A DNA stretch of 64,000 bases from the human T2T-CHM13v2.0 reference genome, Homo sapiens. Under the pieces are notes generated by a model that saw only the letters and a program-made list of their open reading frames with translations, had not been told where the DNA came from and did not search any database. Of the stretch, positions 38,045-50,802 are shown in pieces; the first letter of the stretch is position 1; every line of letters begins with the position of its first letter. The stretch is taken from NCBI RefSeq assembly GCF_009914755.1, contig NC_060930.1, one strand, 5' to 3'. A program made the translations under genes and the position numbers.

Positions 38045-40015
38045 AATTTCATTTTTATTTATGCTGTTTATATCATTAACATTTAGTATAATTACTTAAA
38101 TGCTAAATATATAAGTAACTTAGCATTATGTGATCCTTTTCATTATTTGCTTTCTGCTTATTACCTCTTCTTTTTTTAATGTTCTCCCTTACTATGTTAT
38201 TAGAATATATTTTTACCATTATATTTTAATTTTTATGTTGCTATACTTATTGTTATTTTAGTTATGCATATTTGCATTTTAAATGGTTGCTGTAGGAACA
38301 ACAATATCTTCCTTAAACTGCTTATAATATTGTATGTAAAATTAAAAAACTTGTGATCATATAGGTCTCCATAATACTTATTTTACCATATATACACTGT
38401 CATATGTATTACAATTATATACATTTAAAAACCTCACAAGACAATGTTGTAATTTTTATTTTAGTCAGTCATAGGTATTCTACAGAGCTAGAGAAAATAT
38501 ATTTAGCAGTATATTTATCATTTTTAATACTTTTCATTCCTTCCTGAGGATTTAAATTTTTCTCTGAAAACATTTCTCTTCAACCAGAAGAAATTTATTA
38601 ACCATTTCTTACAGTAATGGTCTGCTGGTGAATTTTTTTTTGTTCGTTTTAAAATGCCTTCATTTCACCTTCATTCTAAGACTATTTTTCAGTTGGTATA
38701 GAATTCTGCATTGACAAAATTTTAATTTCAATATTTTAAAAATATTGTTCCACTGTCTCTAGCCTCCATGGTTTCTAATGAGAAATCTGTGATTATATGC
38801 ATTGTGATTTCACTGTATGTATTGCACTTTTTTTCTTTTTATTCTGACTACTTTCAAGTTTTTCTCCATATCTTTAGTGTTTTACAGTTTGAACTGTGAT
38901 GTATTTAGGAATGATTATCTCTGAAGGTATTCCTTTTGGGGTTTTCTGAACTTTTAAAATAAACAAATTTATGACTTTCACATAACTTGGAAAACTTTTT
39001 GGCAATTTTAAACTTAAACTTTTTTCTCTGTTTCTCCCTTTCTCCTTCTGGGATTCTAATTACACACTTATTAGACCCTTTGATATTTCACAAAGCTCTC
39101 TGAGGATCAATTGTTTTCTATTTGTTTTTCATATAGGATAATTTCTTTTCATCTGTCTTCAAATACATAGAATTTTGCATTGTTCATCTTTCCTCTGCTA
39201 TTAAGTTCATCCTATAAAATTTTTCTGTTTGTTGATATTCCTTATCTTTTCACTTGAGTACTTTTTTTAACCTCATGGAGCATAGTTATAATAGCTGCTA
39301 TAAAATACTCATTTAATAATATTCTAATATGTGGTTTAACTCTTTATTGACCCATATTTGCTTGTCATCTGTTCATTGTCTTTCTCTTGAGAATAGGTCA
39401 TATTTTTCCAATATATTGAGTAATTTTGCATTGTTTACTGCACATGGTGAATGTTATGTTCTGTGGACTCTGAGATTGTTATGGAAAATGTTGATGCTTT
39501 TGTTTTATTGGGCTATCAATGTAGTTAGACTCAAACTTAAGGAGTGTCTTGCTTTCTTTGGATGATTGTTTAATTTTCATCTCAGTTCTCTTATTCTTTA
39601 ATGCGTAGTCTTGAGCTGGTTTCATGTATGTGTTGAGAGGCCAGCCAGAGTCTTGTTGAGGGTGGGGGTAATACACAGAATGAGGGGTCTACATCCTTGG
39701 CTGTATTCTTTCTAGTATAATCCCACTCACTCTCCAGGAGTTGCTTAACATCCTTTTCCTGATCGCTCTAGCCCAAAAAGACATTGGGTTTCTATTGGAA
39801 TTTTAACTACTTGTATCATATTGCTTTATGGCACTGCTTTATTTCACAAAAGAAAAGAAAAAATGGGAGGCCCACTCTCATGCTGGTTACCTGCTTTTCT
39901 TTACATTTCAGAATCCTCAGACAATTGTCTACTCTATTTTGTACAGCATTTACAGTTGTTTTCAGCAGAAAGATTGTTTTGTAGGGAGAATATTCTACCA
40001 TATTAGAAGTTGAAT
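38045..40015 (-). mobile_element. Host L1M inter-ORF/ORF1/5' remnant
   Basis: TTTCTAATGAGAAATCTG, CCTTCTGGGATTCTAATTACAC and GTTATAATAGCTGCT resemble antisense L1M ORF1. Confidence 0.7.
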
Positions 40016-40109
40016 TTCCAAATTAAGGTGCTTTTCAAAAGAACACTTTAGCTAGTGATAATAAAAAATTTGAAAATTGGGGCATGAATCAGAATTCTGA
40101 ATTTAAATA

Positions 40110-40270
40110 TGGATTATAGTCTTCTAGATAAGATTTTACTGTTTATCTTGTTTTGTGGCCTTGGGTAAGTCAGTAAATATTTATAAGCTGCAAATGTTTT
40201 ATCCTTAAAATAGGAATAGTGATCACATCTCTGCCAAGTTCACAAGGTGTGAGGATAGCATAAAATACTG
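40110..40270 (+). mobile_element. MIR fragment
   Basis: TGTGGCCTTGGGTAAGTCA...ATCCTTAAAATAGGAATAGTGAT. Confidence 0.55.
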
Positions 40271-40739
40271 TTCAAATTATCAATTTTTGTTCATTTGTTC
40301 AAACTCTCATTATATATTTTAAATACAACCTATGAAGTTTTAATAAGTACCTACTTAACTCACTCCACCATTAGTGTTTTCCCTATTTCTGAAAAGAAAA
40401 TCTTAAATTTGCAGCCATCCACATCTGTTATTTACTTTCTGAACTTCCGTTCCTACAACCTCATCTTAGTTGAACCACATATGCCTTGTATATGTCTTTT
40501 GTATGCATCTGTCCATGGTTTGTTGATTTTAAATAGAATTCCCTCACTATATCTTTGGCTATGTAGATGTTGTCTTTTTCTTGAGATCTAGCTCAAATAC
40601 TATATTAGTTCATTAATAGCTCCAGCAATTCATTATCTCTCTATCTCTCTCTCCTGGATAATTGTATTTTCCCCTCTTTCTTCTAGATTAATCTCACTTA
40701 TGTGTTATAATATCACTCATTAAAAAATAAAAAAACTTG

Positions 40740-41855
40740 TTGATTCCATATTTTTTTCTAGTTGCCGTCCCATATCTCTTCTCTCCATTATTAGAAACTT
40801 AAAACAGCCTATGTAGTATTTTCAATTCCTCTCCTTTTATTCTTTCTAGAACTCTCTCTAATCAGGTCTTCACTTCCACCAAATCACGGAACTTGTTCTT
40901 GTCAAGGTCACCAATGACTTCCATGTTATTAAGTCTAATGGTTAATTTTCAGTATCAAATTACTCAACCTCTTAGCAGCATTTGACAGAGGCAATCAATT
41001 CCTTCTCCTTGAAAAAATTTTTAATTTGTCTCCAGGAGAGTTAACTTCCTTGGTTTATCTCCCTATCTCCCCAGTAATTTCTCCTTAATTTTCTCTCATT
41101 TTGATCTCCCTGTCCTTGGAATGTTGTGCCCACTTTTTGTGCCTATTCTGTAATTATACTGATTCTATTAACTATCTCATCCAATCTTGTGACATTAAGT
41201 ACCAAATCCTGGCCTGTCCTGTCCTCTGAATTCTGGACTCATATATCCAGTCAACTACTAAACTTGAATTTTAGAAGATATCTTAAACATAACACACAAG
41301 AAAAAAAACCCTCATCTTTCTGCCAGATGTGCTCCTTCACAGTCTTACTCACTTTAATGATCATAATTTAATGCTTCCAATTCCATTAGCCCCAAACTCA
41401 GTGTCCTCTTTTGACTTACTTTTATTCTCTCACGTCTCATATATAGCCCATCAGGAAATCCTGTTTGCTTTATTTTCATACTATATAAAAAGAAATATGA
41501 CTTTCTGAACACCCCCAATGTTGATACTCTGGTCCATTCCATCATTATCTCTTACCTGTTTATTTGCAATAACTTCCTAATTGATCTTGCTTCCATTTTT
41601 GTTCGTGTTATATTCTAAAAATAGCAGCAAGAATGTTCCTTTTTTTAATCATGTCATTCTTTGCTCAAATACCTCCAATGCCTTCCTATCTTACTTGAAG
41701 TAAAAGCCGAAGTCCTTGCATTGTCCTATAGGGACTTACACTGTTTGGCTGCCTTTCTTCTCTCATATTCTCCTATAATCTCTCTTGTTTCTCCTTACCC
41801 TTCAGCCATACCATTTTTACTCTTCCTTGAATGTGCCAGGTTACCTCCAGTTTGA
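40740..41855 (+). mobile_element. L2a fragment
   Basis: CTTGTCAAGGTCACCAATGACTTCCATGTT, CAGCATTTGACA, CCATCAGGAAATCCTG and ATCATGTCA...GCTCAAA. Confidence 0.85.
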
Positions 41856-42384
41856 CATTTTCCAAGCATAATACAGGGATTCAGGGGGATAGCTGTGATG
41901 TAATGTAATGCTTTGATTTTTATGGGAATAATATAATTACTGATGCAAATAAAATCGGTATAAATACATTCACTTTATTTATTACTATTATCATGATCAC
42001 CATCAATGGAAACAACAGAATTTGAGCCAAGTTCTTAAAGTTCTACTTAAAATTAGGTACGTTTACTTGTTTGTGCATGGATAAATTCATCAGATTCTAA
42101 TACATAACTCAGAGTGAAATTATAAAGCATGTATACTGATAATGTATGCAATTAAAACAAATTAGGAAAGGAATTGGTAAGTAGAGCTAACTTCCGGGCT
42201 GGTGGTGGTTGGCAGGATGGACCATTAAAGCAAACCTCTTCTGCTGCATAATTTGGTGAGTTTTGTCAGGGGTGATTTTTTTCACTCTACATTGGTCATA
42301 TCTTTATATTTTCCATATATAAATTTCAGAAATAAAGCAAAATATGGACAATTTTAAGAACATTTAGAGTAACCAATGACAACT

Positions 42385-43105
42385 AAGAAGAAAACTAAAG
42401 CTATTGCTTATAAGTTGAAAGCAGTGGGCATATTTAACCTGGATAGAGAACAGTGTATGAAAGAAACTAAACAATAGGGGCTGACCTAGAGTTTGGACAA
42501 CAGATGCTGTCAAGCTACTCTGAAAATGGCCACTGAAGAGTTTACTGGAAGAATTTTCTCATGTTCTGTGTTCTCATTCCTCACATGGTTTGGCTGTGTC
42601 CCCACCCAAATCTTATCCTGAATCGTAGTTGCCATAATCCCTATGTGTTTTGGGAAGGACCCAGTGGGAGGTAATTGACTCGTGGGGGCATTACCCCCAT
42701 GCTGCTGTTCTTATGATAGTGAGTGAGTTTTCATGAGATCTGATGGTTTTATAAGGGGCTTTTCCTCCTTTTGCGCAGCACTTCTCCTTCCTGCCACCAT
42801 GTGAAGAAGGATGTGTTTGCTTCCCCTTCTGCCATGATTGTAAGTTTCCTGAGGCCTCTCCAGCTATGCTGAACTCTGAGTCAATTAAACTTCTTTTCTT
42901 TATAAATTACCCAGTCTCAGGTATGTTTTTATTAGCAGCATGACAAGTCATGAATTACATCATCAAAGGTGGATGTAGATGCAATCTCCATGCTAAGATT
43001 TGAATATAAGATCATTTTTTGTGGATCTAGAATAGTTTATCTGTGGTCCCCACAGAGGATGTAGGCACTGACTCTGTTGACCTCTCAAGGACTCTTTCAA
43101 CCCTA
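42385..43105 (+). mobile_element. CR1/L3 3' relic, interrupted by THE1C
   Basis: GGGCATATTTAACCTGGATAGAGA resembles CR1 LGxFSLEKR; TGACCTCTCAAGGACTCTTTCAACCCTATCCTTGTATGAGTCTAT resembles the CR1/MIR3 3' tail. Confidence 0.45.
42581..42945 (+). mobile_element. THE1C solo LTR
   Basis: ATGGTTTGGCTGTGTCCCCACCCAAATC; TTACCCCCATGCTGCTGTTC; CATGTGAAGAAGGATGTGTTTGCTTCCCC. Confidence 0.93.
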
Positions 43106-45454
43106 TCCTTGTATGAGTCTATTATTAATTAGTGAATGAGAGAATCTTTTAATTAATGTTACAGTTAAATCTGCCTGAGGTATGGTTATATCCCTGGCAT
43201 TTCTGAAAAAGCATAGATATGATTTCCTTGAAAAGACCCTTTTGGGAAATAGTTAGAAGAAGCCTTGCTGAGTTATCAAAGAATCATCTGCCTTTTGGTG
43301 TTTGTGAAGGACCAGTCTGTTTATCATAGGACAATGCTTAATAGGAAATTAGTAACCATATAAAATAGCATGGCAAAAGATCAGCTATTTTGCTTTCGGC
43401 AAGAGCTAATAATTTTTTTTTATTTTTCAAAAGCAGTATAATGCATGATTTTACCTTCCATTTTTCACAAAATAAAAACATTTTGCATACATTTTTTCAG
43501 GAGCGAGCCATAGTATTGTACAAAAACTAAGAATCATCTAAAACAATACCTTGGCATAAATTTTAAAAAAAAGATTGGATTGTAACTGCACAACAAAAAA
43601 CAATACTAGTCTTGCCTCATTGCACTGAATTTCTACAGAGCATAAAACTTTCATTAGAAACAAAACTGTGAAAATAATAAATGGATATTACAAATTAAAA
43701 CTGGAGCAACTACAAGGTGCATCCCCCAAATAATTTTTCTCCATTCACCATGTTCTAGTTGTATTGGAAGCTCTTTTTTTGATTTGCAAAACAAATTTCA
43801 CTCTCCAAATTAAGGAAAATATTTTTGATGTACATGATTATAACAGGCTGTTGAGTTAAGACTCCAAGCCCTTTGGAAAATAGAGAATCTTATTATTTCT
43901 AATACTGGACAATATAATATAATAAAGTTGAAATTCTGTTATTATCAAAACTCTTTTTCTACATTCAAATGATTCCCAGTGATGCACTCAAAATCATACT
44001 CATTACAACATTTATATTATTCCTATTATTGTGGTTAGTAAGTATTACTGTATTTCATGGAGGAGAAAGAGGTAATAGCCTTTGATGAAAAGAAGCCAGA
44101 AGCATTTGAAACAGCTGTTTTAGTTAGCCAAAGGGAAAAAAACATTTTGTTGCTTTAATCTACTTACATTTGGATGACTATTTGCCATCAATTTTAACTT
44201 ATGTTTGCTTCCTCTAATTTTCATGGGCAACTAATGTGGCACATATCCCTCCAATGATTAAAGTGTATCTATTCTGAGATTTCCTGTTGAATTATTCACC
44301 CACAGGGGAATTTCTGTCTTGGGAAACAGGACCAAACTTTTACAATCACTTTTTTTTTTTTAAAATCAAAGTAAATAAGCATACTTACATTGTTTGATTG
44401 TCAAGTTCTGTTTTCAAATCCAAGTTTCCTAATTGACTCTGCTGGAATAGAAAGACAAAAAATACCTTCCTTCTACTTACATGGAAAATATTTGGAATAT
44501 GCTGGGTTATTGAATGATGATGTCAATCTTTGGGTATTTGGGGCATTGACTCCTATAAAGTCCTTATCTCATTGGGGCCATAATGTCATGTGAACTCCCA
44601 GGCAGAAGAGCCTTTAGTACTGGCCTCACTGATCTGTCCCATCTATATTTTCTGAACCATCAGCCACTGTTGTAGCTGCTTCCTTCTCTGTCACCCTCTA
44701 TTGCCTTAATACAATTGGTAGGATTACCACTCATTTAAAAAGAGAAACAAGGAAGAAAATAAGGTATTTATTTCTTATGATCATTTAAGCTTGTATCTTT
44801 GTTCGTCTTAAGTATTCCTCTCAAACCCAATCTTTGCCTTGGACTTCTGCATGGTGATAGTTTTCCTGGTAATATTTTATATTTGAAAGAACTAGTTGAA
44901 ATAATTCTTTTATTATATATTTGGAACAGCACGAACTTAGCTCTGTGGAAACTATATAAATGTCTGTGATACACAGAAACTCTTTTTTAGAAAAACTGTA
45001 AGAAAGGCAAGCAAATGTATTTATAAAGCATTGTATAAGGTGTATCATGGGGAAATAAAAATTCAGGCTGATTTTATCTACTCAGCTCTTCCTCACATTT
45101 GGTTATGATGCAGCAGGAGATCTGGACACAGCCAAATGCTTCATTTTTCATATGCCTTTTACCACCTTGTCAAGTACTGGTTTTCAGCTGGTAGTTTTGG
45201 CTTGACCATTCCACACCTGGAAGAAGATGTGGTGCCTATATCTTTACTCCCTGAAACTCTAGAGTCAGCACAAGAGAGCAATAAGTAGACTATGAGCCTT
45301 TGAAGAAATAAAAATTAGGTCTTTGGAAAATGTTCGAATCTTGTCTTAAATTTTCTACAAAGAGCTATAATGACCTCAAAACATGGTAAGATGACTATTA
45401 CCTTTCTGCATTTTACAAGGGAATGATCTTTTTAAAAGAAGATATAAAGAGTTT

Positions 45455-45920
45455 CTATTAGTTTGAGTTTTACCAAAAGCAGATCCTTGAAGGATTTGGG
45501 TGAAAGTAGTTTGGGAAGTGTTCTCAAAAAATGCCCCGTGATAGTGGGGAAGGGAGGTAGGGATAGGAAGACAGACAGTAAAATGTGTTTTAAGGAGATC
45601 ATTGCAGTGGGCAACAGGGGCTCAAGCCACATAAGGATTCTCATAAAGACTGTGTGAAACCCCATTCAGAATATTCCTCAAGTGGGGTGAGGAAGTTTGA
45701 GTGTTTATCCACTGATTCCTATCTCTAATTGTCTGAGGATCATTCTTGTAGTCCTAAGTTCCTAACACTTCTACCTTCCCCCAGATAGGAGCTGAGCATT
45801 ACCCTATAACCAAAGAAATCATTCTGAAAAGGCGATGCATGGAGCCATGGCATATACAAGAACCAAATGCAGGTTAGCTCTGAGATGGGATGAAGGGATA
45901 TGGGCAGGGTCCTCACAGGT
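45455..45920 (-). mobile_element. LTR16-like ERVL LTR
   Basis: AAAAGCAGATCCTTGAAGGATTTGGGTGAAAGTAGTTTGGGAAGTG...AAGGGATATGGGCAGGG. Confidence 0.7.
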
Positions 45921-45979
45921 TTATATTGCTATATTTCAGAGGGCAATAACATCTATGAAAAAGTAACCTTGTAAATACA

Positions 45980-46573
45980 TTTTATGAGAGTTCAACAGGA
46001 AAGAAGAACCACTATGAATGATAGGGAATAGGGATCTGTTGGAGAAGTCTATGGAAGACAGTTGCTTCTGTGTCTGGTGGAGGGCCCGAGCTTGCTATAG
46101 CTTAGCAGGTATGGTAGTCAGGAAGGAAAGCTGCACGTGAAGTGGGAGTGAGTGAGAGGAAGTCAGAACCTTCAGAAACACTCTGGAATCCCTGAGGACA
46201 AACTGGAACCTGTTCTTGTTTCTCACTGCTTCCAATCTCTACAACGAAGGTGATCTGCAGAAGAAATGGGTGGTCTTTGTGAGAAGGTGGAACAGAGTAC
46301 CTTGCCCCAGACTAGAGATGCAGCAGGTGCTCAAGGAGCTGAACTGCTCCACTGCTGACTCCTGCCAATGAAGTGGCTAGAGGTCTCCAGCAATGTGCAT
46401 GAAATGCAACAGTGCCGGTGGCCTTCATCAACGTTCAGAACATAATGGCTACTGCTTGCCTCTGCCTTCCAAATCTCACAGGCGTTTCTTTTATAATCAT
46501 TCTTTACCCACAAACATAAAGAGAAGAGAATTCAGGGCATTGCACTAAGTTTACATGGCACAAAGCCACCACA
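45980..46573 (-). mobile_element. Ancient ERVL-type LTR (LTR33/LTR50/MLT2-related)
   Basis: Right end reverse complement TGTGGTGGCTTTGTGCCATG; CTGCCTTCCAAATCTCACA block. Confidence 0.6.
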
Positions 46574-47344
46574 TCCACATTACGTTTGTTAAATTCTATT
46601 TATAGGGAATGACACGTAAAATGTATGTAGACATTTGTGAAATCAAGGTGATGAGTGAACTTTAATAGTTCTAAGTGTTATTTTAGCTTCAATATTTAAA
46701 AATTTTTAAAAGTTTAGAGATACTAAAGTAAAACAGCCCTCTGAATTAACCTTTATTATAACAAAAAATTAAGCCAATTTCTCATGGTGTTAGATAATCA
46801 AGGTTTTATTTGATTAGGTTAATGTGTATATAGAGAGTAAGGAAGTATCTATCTGAATTATAAATCAAATAAGAAACTCCATATCTCCCCTACATTTTCA
46901 AAAATAAAATAAAATAAGATAAAATCATATTCTCTCATTGTACTATTGAGCTCTTGTTGGAAAATGGCATGTGCAAGACATGAGAGTAGTTGAATATAAA
47001 GATAAATGTTCAAATTTATAAAAACTGATTTCTGGAGGGTGACACCGAGAGTGAGCTGAGGCTTGCAAAAAATGGCAATGGCAACAAAAAGATTCTTTGA
47101 AGTTGTATTTGGAGCAAGAAAGAAACAAAGAAGAGAGGCCCTCTGCTGGGAGCAGATGATGTCACGCTAGCAGATGACAGAAAGAGCACAGCTCTTTAGC
47201 TTCAATTCTGCTAAGCCTACTCCTCAGGGAAAATTGTGTTCCAATGGGAAAGATATTTTAGAACAAATATGTTTAAAGACATGGAAGCCTGAGGAAGTGA
47301 AGGAGTCATAAAGCCCCTGTTTTAAATGAATTCAAAAGTCAGTG

Positions 47345-47730
47345 TCATCTGTTTGTTCATGCATTCATCCATCAAACATTACCTGAGTGTTTACCATGGG
47401 CCATATACTGCACTGAACAAGGGAGAAACGGTCATTCTCAGCTCCCACATTCAAGGATTTCATCCTCTAGTGGAGGAGTCAGGAAAGGAAATAAGCATAT
47501 GAAGTTCTCTGGGATACTTCGTATGCCTAGTATTCCATGTTAGGGCCATGTGTAGGATTCAACGGAGGCCTAGCCTAGTGTGGAGAAGGGAATATTTGAG
47601 CTCACAGACTTCTCAGAGTCCTGAAGAATGGTAGGGTTCTACAAGCTAGGAATTGAAGAGCAGAGTTGCAGAAGGACACTTCTGGTAGAAGAAAATGCTT
47701 GTTCAAGGGCCCAAAATCACACCGTGTGCT
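47345..47730 (-). mobile_element. L2 3' fragment
   Basis: TTCATGCATTCATCCATCAAACATTACCTGAGTGTTTACCATGGGCCA. Confidence 0.75.
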
Positions 47731-48354
47731 ATTGAGGGCATCTGCCTTTGTGATCACACATCCACTGTTGGCAGTTTTTGAGACACCATGGTAGACGGAA
47801 GAGGTTCCAGAAGACTGGGGATGATAACAACTTGATTTTCAAAAACGGGGTCATATAGAACAGCTCCTGTTTCTCCAAATTTTAACTGTTTTACTCGCAT
47901 GTACAGATCCAATTTAATGCTCTTTTTACCAGGCACCTAACAGTGAAAGAGAGGCCTATACTTCATGCATGAGTGTTGTTGATGAAGAAGAAAGAGGTCC
48001 CAATTATACAGCCCCTCATTCTCCCACATTTGGTCCTAGATTCTGAAGGTGGAATGGCCTTTTGACTCTTACTCATTCCAGTGAGACATACTTGGAGGAT
48101 TGTGAGCTGGGTGATCAGCGCTACCACCTACGGCCATGTAAAGTGTGCACAGCCCCAGAGGGTACCAGTCACAGTGGTGCTGGGGCTCCACACATGACAT
48201 AATTAGGTGCAGTGACAGTTGGCTGGAGGAACAACTTAAAATAATGTTTATCAATGTGTTACCACTTCCTGGCAGGAGGTCTCTAGTGAGGCAACTCAGG
48301 GCTCCATAGTTCTGTCCTCCCCGGCAGCACTACTTTGGCATTGAAATGCGGTGA

Positions 48355-48646
48355 CCTAAATTTCAGATGATAAATAACTGGAAGAGATAGCCTGTAAATT
48401 GGATGAAAAAGTCAAAATTAAAGAAAGCCATTGCTAGTTTACAATGAAAGGCCAAAACAAAGAAAGTGAAATTTATCACAGATTAAATATAAGACTCTGG
48501 ATTTGGTTGGAAAAATCAATTTTATGAGTACGGGTTGGAGGAGACAAAATGATTTATGTAAAAGAAGGCTTGTAAAGTTTAATTAATCATGAGCTCAGTA
48601 TAAACCAGTAATTTGATGTGGCTGCTGAGAAAACAAAGGTGATCTT
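48355..48646 (+). mobile_element. CR1/L3 reverse transcriptase relic
   Basis: AAATTT-CAGATGAT (KF[A]DD) then LEEIA; downstream CATGAGCTCAGTATAAACCAGTAATTTGATGTGGCTGCTGAGAAAACA matches CR1 (H)KLNMSQQCDVAAKKA. Confidence 0.75.
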
Positions 48647-48789
48647 TCTTTTTTTCGTGAAATTTTCCTTCCCTGATGTTTTTTTCAAATTACAAAATAA
48701 TAAATGCTGGTTTTAAAACGTGAAGCCAAAACAAAAGTTTAAAAGCATGTAAAAAGGAAATACTAACCTCTTTTCCTTTCTAGTTCTTG

Positions 48790-48857
48790 GCCCCTCTTAC
48801 CCCCAGCAAGGAATTCTCCACCCAAAATGTCAACAGTGCCCAGGTTAAGAAGCTTGG
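48790..48857 (+). mobile_element. MER20 (hAT) terminal fragment
   Basis: GAATTCTCCACCCAAAATGTCAACAGTGCCCAGGTTAAGAA. Confidence 0.7.
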
Positions 48858-48899
48858 CTTTATATTGACACAGTCAGTGTATCTCTCTGCTTATCTTAT

Positions 48900-49045
48900 G
48901 TCCTGTAAATTACTTCCAAGAAAATTTTTCAAGCCGGAATTTCCCCCTTTATAAAATAAGGATAATAACAGGACCCACCTCATAGAGTTGTTATGACAAT
49001 TAGATAAAATAAAACATGCGCAACATTTAGACCAGTGGGTAAGAA
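48900..49045 (+). mobile_element. MIR fragment
   Basis: TATAAAATAAGGATAATAACAGGACCCACCTCATAGAGTTGTTATGACAATTAGAT. Confidence 0.75.
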
Positions 49046-49072
49046 AATCGGTGGAGGCACGGGAAAGAGTGA

Positions 49073-49448
<376 letters not shown>

Positions 49449-49829
49449 GAGGATGGAGTTTTTACAGGGCTTTAGCAAAGAGGGTTCAGCTGAATCTCAG
49501 CTAGTTTGAGAAATATTTGCTCAAAAAGGGTCCTTAAAATGGGGGAGGAGGTGCTGGATGGGTGGTGGAATTTTTTTAGTCCTTCAAGGGCTTCTTATGC
49601 TGGTGCATAGAAGGCGCTCAATAAATGCTTGTTGATGTTGATGCTGTTGCTCTGTTGTCCCCCATTCTGGGCCAGGTCCCAGTAAGGCTGCTCACCTCTG
49701 GGAGGAGCCAAGCAGAAATCAAGGCAGAGGTTCTCCATGCTCTGGGAGCCCACAGCCTGACTCAGAAGTTCAACTGCACCCTGCCAAGGAGGGGATGAGC
49801 TCTGCCTTGTACATTTTGGTTCCTTTTTC

Positions 49830-50290
49830 TGGAAGGAGATGAAAACAAACCACATGAGAAAGGCAAAGGCTATTGTTTGAGAACATGCTATAGCAAGTGG
49901 GTTGGCCACAGTCACTCGTGTTTTGGCAGAGGCTCCCAGGTAGGCAGAGGAGTCTGGAAGTGGGCAAAAGGTCAGCTCCAGGTGTCAGCAGCTGGCAGCC
50001 TGTGGGATGGGTTTAGGGGGCATGTTTGGATTTCTCTGGTGGGCCCTGAGTTGGAAGTAGAGACAAAAATGAGTGAAGTTGTCATTTATATTAATCAATG
50101 CCTGGCCATTTTGGGGCGATTGTTAGAGAAGTTATTGTTTAGTTTCCTGGGTTGTTCTTAAAGATAGCAATCTGGCTCTCTGTGTGTCTAATAGAAACCG
50201 GGTTGCCTTCTTGGGCAGGTTGCTGCAGGGGTGGGTCCAAGTTCTATCTTTACATAGGTCCAGCTGTTGTTTGTATGTTCAGATTTGGCC
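49830..50290 (-). mobile_element. ERV1 LTR, MER67-like
   Basis: GGTTGCTGCAG...GTTCTATCTTTACATAGGTC...TTGTTTGTATGTTCAG right end; TGATT/AATCAATGCCTGGCCATTTTGGG block. Confidence 0.65.
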
Positions 50291-50802
50291 TCTTGCTTTG
50301 CTTTCGCTTTCCTGTTTATCTCTTCCTTTCTAACTTCTGGTTATTTTCTCTTGTCTGGGGCAGGAAAAAAATGGCTTTCAGTGATCATACATTCATTCAA
50401 AGCGATTGTTTCTAACATACATTTTATGAGGTAAGGGGCTGAAGATCTTGTTTCTCAGAAGTTCAGGTTCTTGAGACTTGACCCTTAAAATTCAAAAGCT
50501 AGGAATGGCATGCTTTTGTTCTCTTTGTTCTGTTGCACTAACCTTTCCCAGAGACAATGATGAGGAAGGACATTTAAAAAATTACTCAGCCCATTACACA
50601 TACTTCATAAGACTTATTATATTTGCCATATGTGATACGGAGTTGCTCTCCCTGAGACTTCCAAACAACCCTAGAATGACGGAAAAATTATTGGAGGGCA
50701 AGGCTTTAGAGCCAGGACAGAAGGCAGAACCTACCATGTGGCCTTGTGATAACTCAGGTTAGGTGGAGGGAAGCCATCTTTCTTTTTTTAATATGTTACA
50801 TT

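Noticed and set aside
43380-43410. Short hairpin TTGC-TTTCG-GCAA followed by a T-run, resembling a terminator
   Set aside because: Four-bp core stem; intrinsic terminators do not apply to this eukaryotic context. Similar small hairpins at 3078-3097, 9696-9725 and 23938-23957 are chance-level.
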